In this document: positions 26,383 through 36,484 of the stretch, in pieces
How positions within the stretch are numbered: position 1 is the first letter of the stretch
Layout: every line of letters starts with the position of its first letter
From: Candidatus Avispirillum sp.
Lineage (GTDB): Bacteria; Bacillota; Clostridia; Oscillospirales; CAG-272
Assembly (NCBI GenBank): GCA_045650355.1
Contig: JAZRRC010000172.1
Span: 1 to 38,280, forward strand
Direction of reading: 5' to 3'
DNA length: 38,280 nucleotides
Notes under the pieces: generated by a model
Database searches by the model: none
What the model was told of the DNA's origin: nothing
What the model saw: the letters and a program-made list of their open reading frames with translations, nothing else
Translations under genes and position numbers: made by a program

Positions 26383-28380
26383 ATGGATAAATTCAAGCTT
26401 GTTTCAGAATACAAGCCAACGGGCGACCAGCCTGCGGCTATTGATAAGCTCTCAGCAGGCATTGAGGCAGGCGAGAGATTTCAGACTCTTATGGGCGTTA
26501 CAGGCTCGGGTAAGACCTTTACCATGGCAAATATTATCGCAAACGTAAACCGCCCCACCCTTGTTCTTGCCCATAATAAGACCCTTGCAGCTCAGCTTTG
26601 CTCGGAGTTTCGTGAGTTTTTCCCCGAAAACGCTGTTGAATATTTCGTTTCCTACTACCACTACTATCAGCCCGAGGCATACGTGCCCGGAAAGGATATG
26701 TATATCGAAAAGGACTCCTCCATAAACGATGAGATCGACAAGCTTCGCCACAGCGCAACAAGCTCTCTTTTTGAGCGACGTGACGTTATTATCGTTGCCA
26801 GCGTTTCCTGCATTTTCTCTCTCGGTCCTCCCGAGGAGTACTCCTCTCAGGTAACGGCTCTTCGCCCCGGTATGCAGATGGACCGTGACGAGCTTGCAAG
26901 AAAGCTTATCTCCGTCAGCTACAACAGAAACGATATGAGCTTTCAGCGAGGCACCTTCCGTATGAAAGGCGACACCCTTGAGGTATTCCCCTCAAACGAA
27001 AACTCAAGAGGTATCCGAGTTGAATTTTTCGGTGATGAGATCGACCGTGTTTGCGTTATCGATGCTCTCAAGGGCACAGTTATTCAGTCTGTCAGCTATG
27101 CGCCCATATACCCTGCCAACCACTACGTTCTCACTGACGAGCATAAGGAAAAGGCATTCGAGGAGATCGAGCGTGAGCTTTGCGAAAGAATCGAATATTT
27201 CGAAAGTCAGGGAAAGCTTATCGAGGCGCAGAGAATTGCAGAGCGCACCCGCTACGATATGGAAATGCTCCGTGAGGTAGGCTTCTGCTCCGGTATTGAA
27301 AACTATTCAAGAGTTTTCGCAGGTCGTGCTCCCGGCTCTACCCCCTACACTCTTCTTGACTATTTCCCCAAGGATTATCTCCTCCTGGTTGACGAGTCCC
27401 ACGTGACTCTCCCTCAGGTTCGCGGAATGTTCGGCGGCGACCGTGCAAGAAAGAAAAACCTTATTGACTACGGCTTCCGCCTTCCCTCGGCATACGATAA
27501 CCGCCCTCTCAATTTTTCTGAGTTCGAAGGAAAGATCAATCAGATCATTGCCGTTTCCGCAACCCCCGGAGATTATGAAAAGGAAAACTCATCACAGATA
27601 GTTGAGCAGATCATCCGTCCCACGGGACTTCTTGACCCCGAAATCGAGGTGCGCCCCGTTGAAACTCAGGTTGATGACGTTCTCGGTGAGATCAGAATAC
27701 GTGTTGAAAAGGGAGAGCGAGTTCTCGTTACCACTCTCACAAAGAAAATGGCTGAGGACCTTTCCGAATATCTTGACTCTCAGGGCGTTAAGGTAAAATA
27801 TATCCACCACGCCATTGAAACAATGGAGCGAACGGAGCTCCTTCGTGATCTTCGTCTCGGTGTTTACGACGTTCTCGTCGGAATCAACCTTCTTCGCGAG
27901 GGTATCGACCTTCCCGAGGTTACCCTTGTTGCCATTCTCGATGCTGATAAGGAGGGCTTCCTTCGAAGTGAGTCATCTCTTATCCAGACTATCGGACGTG
28001 CCGCACGAAACGTTGGCGGTAAGGTTATTATGTATGCCGATACGATAACGGGATCAATGAAGGCGGCAATAACGGAAACTAACCGCCGCCGTGAGATACA
28101 GAACCGCTACAACGAGGAGCACGGCATCACTCCGAAGACTATCAAGAAAAAGGTGGGCGACCTTATCCGCATAGGCTCTGACAAGACAGGACGAGGCGAC
28201 AGGAAAAAGGAAAGCCGTGCCGAGGAGATCGAGCGCCTGAGAAAGGAAATGAAGGAGGCGGCGGCAAAGCTTCAGTTCGAGGAAGCGGCATTCCTGCGTG
28301 ACAGGATTCGCACTCTGGAAACCACGAAAGATGCCGACCCACCTGCACCGAAGAAAACGCCTTCAAGGAGAAAAAAATAA
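26383..28380 (+). CDS. uvrB: Excinuclease ABC subunit B
   Basis: [34 protein letters not shown]-terminal UVR domain. ATG 26383 after AAAGGA. Confidence 0.98.
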   Translation: MDKFKLVSEYKPTGDQPAAIDKLSAGIEAGERFQTLMGVTGSGKTFTMANIIANVNRPTLVLAHNKTLAAQLCSEFREFFPENAVEYFVSYYHYYQPEAYVPGKDMYIEKDSSINDEIDKLRHSATSSLFERRDVIIVASVSCIFSLGPPEEYSSQVTALRPGMQMDRDELARKLISVSYNRNDMSFQRGTFRMKGDTLEVFPSNENSRGIRVEFFGDEIDRVCVIDALKGTVIQSVSYAPIYPANHYVLTDEHKEKAFEEIERELCERIEYFESQGKLIEAQRIAERTRYDMEMLREVGFCSGIENYSRVFAGRAPGSTPYTLLDYFPKDYLLLVDESHVTLPQVRGMFGGDRARKKNLIDYGFRLPSAYDNRPLNFSEFEGKINQIIAVSATPGDYEKENSSQIVEQIIRPTGLLDPEIEVRPVETQVDDVLGEIRIRVEKGERVLVTTLTKKMAEDLSEYLDSQGVKVKYIHHAIETMERTELLRDLRLGVYDVLVGINLLREGIDLPEVTLVAILDADKEGFLRSESSLIQTIGRAARNVGGKVIMYADTITGSMKAAITETNRRREIQNRYNEEHGITPKTIKKKVGDLIRIGSDKTGRGDRKKESRAEEIERLRKEMKEAAAKLQFEEAAFLRDRIRTLETTKDADPPAPKKTPSRRKK

Positions 28381-28454
28381 CCTGAAGCGGTTTTCCATTC
28401 TGTGGCAGACGGCTGCAAAAAACTTGCCACAGTAATCCCGAAATATACGCTTAT

Positions 28455-28490
28455 AAAAAGGGCTGTTGCAGATACTGCAACAGCCCCTTA
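28455..28490. terminator. Terminator between uvrB and the convergent gene
   Basis: GGGCTGTTGCAG-ata-CTGCAACAGCCC with an A-tract on the left. Confidence 0.75.
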
Positions 28491-28523
28491 ATTTTAATTT
28501 TATGTTTTACTGATATTTGACAG

Positions 28524-28745
28524 TTAGCTGTTAAACGCCCAAATGAGGAAAATCACAAAGGCTCCGACGATAACCGCCATTAAAATCCAGAATGCCTTGG
28601 GATTTTTCATGTTCAGATCCATGAGAAACTGGCTAAAGATGCCCTCAAGTCCGTTTTTTTCCGTATGGAACATAAAGGAGCCGCACTTAGGGCACATGGG
28701 GGTGGAATCAGCTACGTTCTTTCCGCATTTTGCACAGGTTTTCAT
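28524..28745 (-). CDS. Small zinc-ribbon plus TM protein
   Basis: CAKCG...CPKCG and C-terminal hydrophobic helix, AAAGGAG RBS. Confidence 0.8.
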   Translation of the reverse strand: MKTCAKCGKNVADSTPMCPKCGSFMFHTEKNGLEGIFSQFLMDLNMKNPKAFWILMAVIVGAFVIFLIWAFNS

Positions 28746-29150
28746 ATTATTTCTCCTTTCGCTATACCTCTCATCACTTCTTCATGCTTTCCTCACGAGC
28801 AGTTACTCAGCGGAGAAATAACCGCCACACAAGGATAACAAAAGCAACACTTCGGGAACCTTTTGGGTTATATCTTTTCTGTTTTCTTTTTAGCCCTTAT
28901 TCGGGATTTTTTTACAGTATATCATAAATAATGCTTATAATCAATAAGCAATCCTTTAAAGGTGTTTAATGCTTTTGTAAGATGAATAAAAGCTATAGAT
29001 AAATACCCGTGCTGCAGGCAAACCGCAAAAAACGCCGCACATCACGACAAAGAGACTGTATCTTGCCCGTTTGTAATATCGAGATACAGGCGCAATATAA
29101 AAGTTATGTGCGAGTAGGTTATAAAGGCGAAAAAGAGGGGCAAAATATCC

Positions 29151-29179
29151 TTGACAAAAGACACACTCTCGTATAAAAT
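29151..29179 (+). promoter_or_regulatory. sigmaA promoter
   Basis: TTGACA-17 bp-TAAAAT. Confidence 0.75.
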
Positions 29180-29217
29180 AGTAATAGATTACTATACTAA
29201 GTAAAGGAGACAATACA

Positions 29218-29532
29218 ATGGCTGAGAATGAAATCTTCGAGGAAGAGTTTTTCGTATATACTCTCACAGATGATGAAGGTAACGAAAACGAATATGAGCT
29301 TCTCGCTACAACAGAGCTCGATGGCAAGACATATTGCGCACTCATCCCCTACTCTGAGGATGGCGATGAGTCTGAGGAATACATCGTTCTTCGCGTAGAG
29401 AAGAGCGAGGATAATCCTGAGGAAGAGATCTTCGTTACCATCGAAGACGATGAGGAGTTCGATCGCGTTGCTGATATCTTTGACGATCAGTTCGCTGATA
29501 TCGACTACGACATTGGAGCTGACGAGGAATAA
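29218..29532 (+). CDS. DUF1292 (YrzB-like) acidic protein
   Basis: TLTDDEGNE.EYE...Y.ALIP...IEDDEEFD.V. Confidence 0.9.
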   Translation: MAENEIFEEEFFVYTLTDDEGNENEYELLATTELDGKTYCALIPYSEDGDESEEYIVLRVEKSEDNPEEEIFVTIEDDEEFDRVADIFDDQFADIDYDIGADEE

Positions 29533-29554
29533 GCGAAAAGCTTAAAAATCTTCA

Positions 29555-29765
29555 AAAATGCCTGCAGTGTGCGTGAAAAGGCATCGTAATTAAACCCACA
29601 ATTGATTAAAGGAGTTCAACTTCTCGGTAGGTATGCAGGCCTCCCGCCCGCCTCTCTTTTGACAGGCGAAGCGGATGTTGGAAGCACAAAGCCGAGAGGC
29701 CGAGAACGCCGCCTTGCTTATGCAGGGTTTTTAATTACCGCTTTACACGGCATCGCGGGCTATTT
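29555..29765 (+). ncRNA. ssrS: Probable 6S RNA
   Basis: About 210-nt rod. 5' GCCTGCAGTGTGCGTG pairs with 3' CACGGCATCGCGGGC, GTAATTAAACCC with GGGTTTTTAATTAC, CTCGG with CCGAG, around a central bubble. Terminal motifs resemble clostridial 6S. Followed by a terminator. Confidence 0.7.
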
Positions 29766-29770
29766 AACTT

Positions 29771-29807
29771 AAAACAAAAAGCACCCTTTATGGGTGCTTT
29801 TTGTTTT
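29771..29807. terminator. Bidirectional terminator
   Basis: AAAACAAAAAGCACCC-tttat-GGGTGCTTTTTGTTTT. Confidence 0.88.
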
Positions 29808-29827
29808 ACTGATGAGAACGTAACTTT

Positions 29828-30925
29828 TTATTTTGTGGCAACGTTGCGTACCTTTTCAATGCCGTCAAGCCCGTTCCATACCTGACCTGCTGCTACGATT
29901 GTGCCGTCCTCCTTAAGACCTACTGTGAGAATATCGCTTGCATAAACTGCGACGATGTTCTTCCAATCGGATACGTCGCACTGACCGTAGCCGTTGCCAC
30001 CTGTGGCAACAACAGTTCCGTCAGAGCGAAGTCCTACAGTGTGATAGCTTCCTGTTGCGATGGCAACGATATCAGTCCACTCTGTAACGTCACCCCGTCC
30101 GTCCTCGTTCTGACCCACGGCAACAACTGTTCCGTCTGCTTTGAGACCGATCACGTGATTGTAAACAAGTGTATCAACATCTACAATGTCTGTCCACTCT
30201 TCAATTCCCGTATAGTACTTATCATAATTTTTGCTTATGGGGTCGGCTGCCACAGTTCCGTCATCTTTAAGGAATATTGCATAGGCTGCGTTGCACTCAA
30301 TGCTCTTTACTCCCGAATATACAGGAGTAGACTTTGATCTGACGTACACGTCACCGTTGGAATCAAGGCCCCAAAGATAGTCTCCGCATCCTGCGATGCT
30401 GACGATATCCTTCCATCCCTCAACAGGATAAGCACTTGAGCTTTCCGTTGTCATAACAACGGTGCCGTCTGATTTAAGGCCGAATGACTGCTTGAGACCT
30501 GCGTGGATCGCAACAATATCCTTCCATTCACTGGTGTTTCTCTGTCCGTTAGAGCCGTTGCCTGTTGAAACTACGGTGCCGTCAGACTTAAGACCAAGAG
30601 CATGATTTCCTCCGGCAGAAACTGCAATTATATCATCCCAGTGGCTGACGTCAAGATTTGTTGCAATAGTGTTTCCGCCGATAGCAAATGCCTTACCGTC
30701 TTCTGTTCTTGCGACAATAATATCGTCACTTACTGAAACGGAATCGATTTTGCCGCGAAATACCTCTTTGGGCTCTTCCTTTTCGCTTTCCTTTGAGGAA
30801 TCATCCTTATCGTGCCCGATAATCGCATCATTTCCGTTATCACTCTTTTCGGAGCCGCACCCCGCAAATGCGCATGCAAGAGTGGCGATTACAAGAAAAA
30901 GAGCTATAATTTTAGTGAGCTTCAT
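29828..30925 (-). CDS. RCC1/BLIP-II-like beta-propeller lipoprotein
   Basis: Lipobox FAGC and repeated W.DIVAI..G..H..GLKSDGTVV..G units. Confidence 0.88.
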   Translation of the reverse strand: MKLTKIIALFLVIATLACAFAGCGSEKSDNGNDAIIGHDKDDSSKESEKEEPKEVFRGKIDSVSVSDDIIVARTEDGKAFAIGGNTIATNLDVSHWDDIIAVSAGGNHALGLKSDGTVVSTGNGSNGQRNTSEWKDIVAIHAGLKQSFGLKSDGTVVMTTESSSAYPVEGWKDIVSIAGCGDYLWGLDSNGDVYVRSKSTPVYSGVKSIECNAAYAIFLKDDGTVAADPISKNYDKYYTGIEEWTDIVDVDTLVYNHVIGLKADGTVVAVGQNEDGRGDVTEWTDIVAIATGSYHTVGLRSDGTVVATGGNGYGQCDVSDWKNIVAVYASDILTVGLKEDGTIVAAGQVWNGLDGIEKVRNVATK

Positions 30926-31116
30926 AATCCACCTCTTATAAAATTTATTGATTTAATTATAACATATTTAAAATAACTGTCAATACAGGACACTCGACCG
31001 GATTGTACCGTTTTCCCTTTGCTATATCTTACCACACGCCAAATATGAAAGCAAACAAAACAATTAAAAAACGGGACAAATGCACTGTTTTGGGTAAAAA
31101 AGGACCTATATATGAA

Positions 31117-31144
31117 TTGACCTGATGGGAAGCTGTGATATAAT
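31117..31144 (+). promoter_or_regulatory. Putative sigmaA promoter
   Basis: TTGACC-16 bp-TATAAT with TG extended -10. Confidence 0.6.
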
Positions 31145-31176
31145 GTTCTTGTAAAACACCGCTTCGGAGGTTTAAA

Positions 31177-32349
31177 ATGAAATACCCAAAGCTGAAAAAC
31201 GCACTGCTTTGCAGAATACTCGTGTACGTCGTAATAATCGGAGTGGCATTACTGCCCACAGTGGCAGTGCTTTTAATAAAGCCGATCCCCGATTTCATAA
31301 AGGTTTTCACATTTCTTGCGTCATGCGTAGGACTTCTCACCTATCTCTTTAAAAACTTCATTCTCCTTATGGGACTTGATATGGAGTTTGCAGCGCTTCA
31401 TTGCCATAACAACGCAAGAACAAAATTCTCACTAAAAAAGAGATTTTCAAAGGAAAAGGCAAAAAAGAAAATAAAGAAATTCGGAAAAGGCTATTCTCCT
31501 GTCGCAATCTCTCCGCAGCCGGAAATTCTTTCCTATAAATTCTGTTCTCCCGTCACCGTATATACGAAGGGTATTGAAAAGGTGCTCATTTCATACGACG
31601 TAGAGTATCTTGATAAAAGCCTTTTTGACATGATCTGCTCCTCAGCTTATGCAAATTCAAAATCCCTTATAGGCAAGAAAAAAGCCTTGTTTCTTGATAA
31701 AGAGCAAAAGAAATCTCCCCTTAACCGTGTCACCGTAGTATTTATATTTTCAAAACGAGTAGAGGAAAAGCTTCGCAGCAATCTCCATCAGACAGTATGT
31801 AAAAACAACGCCGATGGAGAGTACATTTCATTTCTTCCTTGCGTTATAGACCTTGAAAAGGGCGAATGCACCTTTAACAGTCTGTGCGATCCTTATCTCG
31901 GCTTCGGGTATCCCATAACAAACAGAGGCGTGCGCCTGATTAAAAGAATTATATTTAACGGAAAGCTCCCTCTTTCAAATAACGAAAACCGCCTTAAACC
32001 CTTAAAAGACATTGATCTTGAAGAAAGCCTCTGGCATCACTGGGCACAGCTTAGCGGCCTGTTGAAAGAAGAAAACAAAAAAGAGAAAAAGCTCTTTCAA
32101 TCAATGTCCCACGGTGAACTAATAAAAAAGGATGATTACATATATGTAAAATGGCATGACCGTGGCGTATGGCTTTACTTTGAAATTTGCGAAGAAACGA
32201 AAAACGCAAAGATTGATAACGACGATTACTGGTACTATCCCAAATCAAACCCTATAGCAAAGAAGACCCTTAAACAAATAAGAGAAGTAATTTGCAATTA
32301 TTTTGCAGATCTTGGATACACGGTAGAATTCGTATCCTTTGACGACTGA
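31177..32349 (+). CDS. Hypothetical protein with two N-terminal TMs and basic soluble domain
   Basis: 390-aa ORF, GGAGG RBS. Confidence 0.75.
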   Translation: MKYPKLKNALLCRILVYVVIIGVALLPTVAVLLIKPIPDFIKVFTFLASCVGLLTYLFKNFILLMGLDMEFAALHCHNNARTKFSLKKRFSKEKAKKKIKKFGKGYSPVAISPQPEILSYKFCSPVTVYTKGIEKVLISYDVEYLDKSLFDMICSSAYANSKSLIGKKKALFLDKEQKKSPLNRVTVVFIFSKRVEEKLRSNLHQTVCKNNADGEYISFLPCVIDLEKGECTFNSLCDPYLGFGYPITNRGVRLIKRIIFNGKLPLSNNENRLKPLKDIDLEESLWHHWAQLSGLLKEENKKEKKLFQSMSHGELIKKDDYIYVKWHDRGVWLYFEICEETKNAKIDNDDYWYYPKSNPIAKKTLKQIREVICNYFADLGYTVEFVSFDD

Positions 32350-32402
32350 TATCTGAGTATACTTCGAGAGCCTTCGGGAATCATAATCCAAAAAGGATAT
32401 TT

Positions 32403-33149
32403 ATGTTCGGGTATTATTTTTCAAGAGATTATATATGGTTTTTAGCTGCCATTGCAGTTCTGGCAATTATTTCTGCCGCCGCAAGCTCTAAGGTGAAAAA
32501 GACCTTCAGACAGTACGACACAGTCCTCACTCGCGCATCCCTCACGGGGGCCGAGGTTGCCTTGCGGCTTCTTCGCGCCGAGGGTGTGACGGATATAAAA
32601 ATCGGCAAGGTTCAGGGGGAGCTTTCCGATCATTATCACCCGAAGAATGCAGTTGTGAATCTTTCCGAATCCACCTACGATTCAAAAAGCATCTCCGCTG
32701 CCGCAGTTTGTGCCCACGAAATAGGCCACGTTATGCAAAACAAAAAAGGATTTTTCCTATACAACGTGAGAACTTCTCTCGTGCCCGTTGTTAATTTCGG
32801 CTCCCGCCTTGCTTTTCCCTTAGTTCTCGTGGGACTTCTCCTCGATACCTTCACTCGCCTCTCCGATCCCGATACGGGCTTTTATATCGCAATGACAGGT
32901 GTTATTCTTTACGGCTCTTCCCTGCTTTTCTCCCTCGTCACCCTCCCCGTGGAGCTTGATGCCAGCAAAAGAGCTGTAAAAATGCTTCTTGAAAACCGCA
33001 TCATAGCAAAAGATGAGGCCCCTGCCGCAAGAAAGGTGCTGAGCGCCGCCGCCATGACCTATCTTGTTTCTACCCTTGCTTCTGTTGTCTATTTTCTGCG
33101 TTTTCTTTTCCTTGTGCTCCGACTGTTCGGAAGAAGGAATACAAGGTAG
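32403..33149 (+). CDS. Membrane zinc metallopeptidase (YugP-like)
   Basis: LSDHYHP, AHEIGH, VTLPVELDASKRA, AAAMTY. Confidence 0.9.
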   Translation: MFGYYFSRDYIWFLAAIAVLAIISAAASSKVKKTFRQYDTVLTRASLTGAEVALRLLRAEGVTDIKIGKVQGELSDHYHPKNAVVNLSESTYDSKSISAAAVCAHEIGHVMQNKKGFFLYNVRTSLVPVVNFGSRLAFPLVLVGLLLDTFTRLSDPDTGFYIAMTGVILYGSSLLFSLVTLPVELDASKRAVKMLLENRIIAKDEAPAARKVLSAAAMTYLVSTLASVVYFLRFLFLVLRLFGRRNTR

Positions 33150-33245
33150 CAGAATTGCCGCATAACCTAAAAAACAACACCAGCCGATAAATCGGAGTTT
33201 GAAATGGAAATGAACTTGGTATATCGAATGCTGCACGAAACAAAA

Positions 33246-33493
33246 GCCTCCCCTTCTCAGCGCGAAGAGCTGTGAGGGGGAGGTGGCATCGGTGCAGGGG
33301 AATGAAGGAATAAAGTGCTCTTAGGCACCGATGACGGAAGGGGTGTCTTATCTGCACGAGAGCTATCCGACGGTTATAGTTGAACTGTCATTTAACAGGG
33401 CATGAAATATTAAGTTTGGTTCTCGTGCTGATATGCAACCCTTCCACCGCAAGCGGTCCCCCTCCCCTTCACAGCGAGCTGAGAGGGGGAGGC
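33246..33493. repeat. Inverted pair of palindromic repeats (REPIN/MITE-like)
   Basis: Terminal IR GCCTCCCCTTCTCAGC versus GCTGAGAGGGGGAGGC (15/16). Inner arms GCTGTGAGGGGGAGG/CCTCCCCTTCACAGC and GGAAGGG/CCCTTCC. Confidence 0.75.
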
Positions 33494-33551
33494 AGTATTT
33501 CTGAGCCTTTAGTTTTCCTCTTCTAATTCCGATTTATCGCTCAATTTAAAT

Positions 33552-33590
33552 AGAAGAAGGCTGTCGCAAATTGCGACAGCCTTCTTCTTT
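33552..33590. terminator. Terminator
   Basis: AGAAGAAGGCTGTCGCAA-a-TTGCGACAGCCTTCTTCT. Confidence 0.8.
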
Positions 33591-34686
33591 ATATATCGTT
33601 TCTCTGTGCTGTTTTGGTTTCCTCGGGAAGGTCGCAAAGGCGCTCTTCTTTTGAGGGAAACTTCGGAAAAGGCTTTGTCGGGAGGGTCTGATACCAGAAG
33701 GCAGTGGAGCAGTAATCGTCGCTGCGGTCGTAGTAGCAAACGTCATCATCACCGCCTGCGGCAGGGTATGCTACGAAATTCTCTCCGAGAGCTGCAGCAG
33801 CCTCTGCTCGGTCACCGTATCCCATCTGCATGATGGTCACACGGATAGACTTATTGAAATATATGGGGTCCGCCACGTGCCAGCGATAGAAGGAATACAT
33901 CTTATTTTCGCTGTCACAAACGGTGCAACCCTGATAGGGTGTGGTGCATTCACAAAGTCCCCAGGCACAGCCCACGTAGTCCTCAGTACCTGTGCCGCAG
34001 ATTGTGGGGTTCTCCTCGCCGTCAAAATACATCTTTATCTCGCCCTCGCCCCACCACTGCTGAGGCAGGCAAACGCTTCGCACGCCAAGCACCGTTCCGA
34101 GATATCTGCCCTTGCCCTCTATTCCGTCAAGAATAGTATAATCCTCGTGGAAGGGATGGCAGTTTGATCGCCTGAACTGCGCATGGAAATATCCGAGATT
34201 CTCGGGATGCTCGTCCCCAAGGGTGTAGTCCACTTGATAGAAAAGAACGGAAAAGGTTCTGTCCGAATCGTTCTCAACGGTGATTTTCGCCCTTTTCTTA
34301 AAAGGCATAGGTATCCACGAATTCAATCCGTTCGAGCATTGTACAGTTACAAGCTCTGATGAGAACTGACGGTATCTTGCATGGGCAACGCCGAAAAAAT
34401 CACCTACAGGCGCTTCAACGCTGGGAGTCTCCTGCCCGTCCCAATACATTCTTATAACAAGACCTCGGTAAAGGTCGGGATGGTATGGGGGAAATGTGAG
34501 CCATATATGGCGCACAGTGCCGCTTCCTTCAACGTCGAGAAGGGTCACTACCTGTGAGGGCTTCACCCATTCAACACAGGGCGATCCCTTATGACCGCCT
34601 CCGCGGACACCGCCCATGGATCGCTCTCCAAGAGGATTTTCAGCATTAGCCGCACGGCTATCGATATTTTTAAGTTCGTAGAGCAT
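33589..34686 (-). CDS. DUF2961 / GH172-like glycoside hydrolase
   Basis: HIWLT, MYWDG...PSVEAPVGDFFG, PMPF, WWGEGE, GTGTEDY, YRWH..DPI, STAFWYQ. ATG 34686 after AGAGG. Confidence 0.88.
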   Translation of the reverse strand: MLYELKNIDSRAANAENPLGERSMGGVRGGGHKGSPCVEWVKPSQVVTLLDVEGSGTVRHIWLTFPPYHPDLYRGLVIRMYWDGQETPSVEAPVGDFFGVAHARYRQFSSELVTVQCSNGLNSWIPMPFKKRAKITVENDSDRTFSVLFYQVDYTLGDEHPENLGYFHAQFRRSNCHPFHEDYTILDGIEGKGRYLGTVLGVRSVCLPQQWWGEGEIKMYFDGEENPTICGTGTEDYVGCAWGLCECTTPYQGCTVCDSENKMYSFYRWHVADPIYFNKSIRVTIMQMGYGDRAEAAAALGENFVAYPAAGGDDDVCYYDRSDDYCSTAFWYQTLPTKPFPKFPSKEERLCDLPEETKTAQRNDI

Positions 34687-34699
34687 AACAAACCGCCTC

Positions 34700-35158
34700 T
34701 TAAATAAATGATATAACCTCAAAATAAAGTCCAAGCAGAAGCAAAGGGATTCCGATCACGTAGCATATCTTTTCCTCCGATTTTCTGTCCTTGCCCGAAT
34801 CCTTTACCATATAGTGCATGATTATCATAAAAGCCACAGGCAAGCAAGCGGGGAAAAATAAGATTGTGGAAACGCCGCCGCTTATAACGAATCTGAAAGC
34901 ATCCACTACCACCAGATCTAAAAACAAAACCACAGAAGTGAAAATAAGCATTTTCTTCATGCTTGCCTGTATTTCGTTTTTGAAGCATTTTTGCAAGCAC
35001 TTTACTATAAGCAAAACGCAAAGTGTCCGCATATAGGCATGGAGGATCGTGCTGACTGCAAACGCCTCCGTTATCATATACAGAACACCGAGTACGACAA
35101 TTATTACAACACTTGCAATAAGCGCCGCGGTTATTATAACTCTTTTTTTGTTTGTCAT
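34700..35158 (-). CDS. Hypothetical membrane protein
   Basis: About five hydrophobic helices, AAGGAG RBS. Confidence 0.7.
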   Translation of the reverse strand: MTNKKRVIITAALIASVVIIVVLGVLYMITEAFAVSTILHAYMRTLCVLLIVKCLQKCFKNEIQASMKKMLIFTSVVLFLDLVVVDAFRFVISGGVSTILFFPACLPVAFMIIMHYMVKDSGKDRKSEEKICYVIGIPLLLLGLYFEVISFI

Positions 35159-35247
35159 AGCAGGTCTCCTTTTGTCACAAAAGTTATAAAAATCCTTTAT
35201 ATGCTCCTTTGCACCGAAGCAATAGCTCGCATAGCTTTGGTTACCTC

Positions 35248-35799
35248 TTATTTTTTATAAATATCTACGGTTGCGCCCTTTTCTCTGAGAAAATTCAGAA
35301 ATTCTTCGCGCTGATCCATTGATTCAAATGAAGCAAAAGTCAAAATATATGCCATTACGTTGTTTATGTGAATATAGATCACCGTATCATCCACAACACT
35401 CACCTTCTCAATAGCGCTGTACTTTACCTCTGTTCTGTTGTCGGAGGTTGTTTCTACGAAATTATCGTCATAAAACTCCATAACGGCGCTTTCGGAATAT
35501 CCGGGCTTTCCTGCCTTCTTCATTTTTTTGATCTGCCCCTTGAGGGTTGAAGAAAACATAGGCTTAAAAAAGAGCTGGAAAACAACGAGTATTAAAAGAG
35601 TGGGAATAATACCAATAAACGCTTCCTTGGAAAATCCGCCGCTGAATAAAGAAACAAGGGCGAAAATTGCGAGAATCGCCGCAATAATGATTCTATATGT
35701 TAATATCTGCTTTTTGCCGTAAGGCGACCTGAACATCCAGAAGGTGTTGAAATCAAGATAATCCTTCTCCGTTACGTTTAAGTTGAATTGGTATTTCAT
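35248..35799 (-). CDS. YcxB-like membrane protein
   Basis: Two TMs followed by a beta-rich PH-like C-terminus (EVKYSAIEKV...IYI...AYIL...F...FL). Confidence 0.75.
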   Translation of the reverse strand: MKYQFNLNVTEKDYLDFNTFWMFRSPYGKKQILTYRIIIAAILAIFALVSLFSGGFSKEAFIGIIPTLLILVVFQLFFKPMFSSTLKGQIKKMKKAGKPGYSESAVMEFYDDNFVETTSDNRTEVKYSAIEKVSVVDDTVIYIHINNVMAYILTFASFESMDQREEFLNFLREKGATVDIYKK

Positions 35800-35911
35800 A
35801 TTTATCTCCTATAAGTGTTTTTTACATTATATCATATTGACGATTTAAGCGCAAGAAAAAGTAATATGAAAGGAGCCGTTACACACAGGTAACAGCTCCC
35901 TCGACCTGAAC

Positions 35912-36139
35912 TCAGTCTCTTGCGTAGCCGATATTCTTTCCCTTGGCAGGGTCAAATGTGAGGTTGCAGATGGATGCAACCAGACCGTAGATACCAAATG
36001 TAATTATGGGAAGGAAGAAATATGCCACAGTTCTGCAGGTATAGCCCTCGGGCTTAAGCTCTGTATGGTTGATAATAATGCTTCCGATCCATCCGAGGAA
36101 GAATGTGAGCAAAAATCTTACGAGATTTCCGTTTGCCAT
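35912..36139 (-). CDS. Small two-TM membrane protein
   Basis: FFLGWIG and ITFGIY helices, AAAGGAG RBS, own promoter. Confidence 0.75.
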   Translation of the reverse strand: MANGNLVRFLLTFFLGWIGSIIINHTELKPEGYTCRTVAYFFLPIITFGIYGLVASICNLTFDPAKGKNIGYARD

Positions 36140-36198
36140 TTTTGTTTCTCCTTTCTTATCAGCTGAAAGGACAAAAAGTCTGTCCTTTCGACAATCCT

Positions 36199-36227
36199 AT
36201 TTTATCCTACTTTATCCTAGTTGTCAA
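36199..36227 (-). promoter_or_regulatory. sigmaA promoter overlapped by 10-bp direct repeats
   Basis: Minus strand TTGACA-17 bp-TAAAAT. (TTT)ATCCTA repeats at 36191-36220. Confidence 0.7.
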
Positions 36228-36303
36228 TATTATATAGTATTTTATCTTATAATATTTTTATAGAAGTTTTCAAATTATAAGACAAGAAAGGATCGGTTAC
36301 ACT

Positions 36304-36465
36304 ATGAAGCCCTTGAAAGAGAAGATCAGCATAACGATCGATAACGATATTTTGAAGTTTCTGAAAGAACAGGCCGAGTTTGACGACCGCTCGCTTTCAC
36401 AGTATATCAATATTGTATTAAAGCAACACGTAAAGCATTTTGAAGACGAAAAAAACAAGCCGTGA
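36304..36465 (+). CDS. Ribbon-helix-helix (CopG-like) small protein, 53 aa
   Basis: Not in the ORF track. MKPLKEKISITIDNDILKFLKEQAEFDDRSLSQYINIVLKQHVKHFEDEKNKP, with beta strand ISITID and RSLSQYIN helix. GAAAGGA RBS. Confidence 0.82.
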   Translation: MKPLKEKISITIDNDILKFLKEQAEFDDRSLSQYINIVLKQHVKHFEDEKNKP

Positions 36466-36483
36466 AATTTCACGGCTTGTTTT
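36452..36483. terminator. Bidirectional terminator
   Basis: AAAACAAGCCGTGAAA/TTTCACGGCTTGTTTT. Confidence 0.8.
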
Positions 36484-36484
36484 C

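Noticed and set aside
28746-29150. Riboswitch or ORF in the long intergenic region
   Set aside because: No recognisable aptamer consensus, and the small ORFs lack an RBS.
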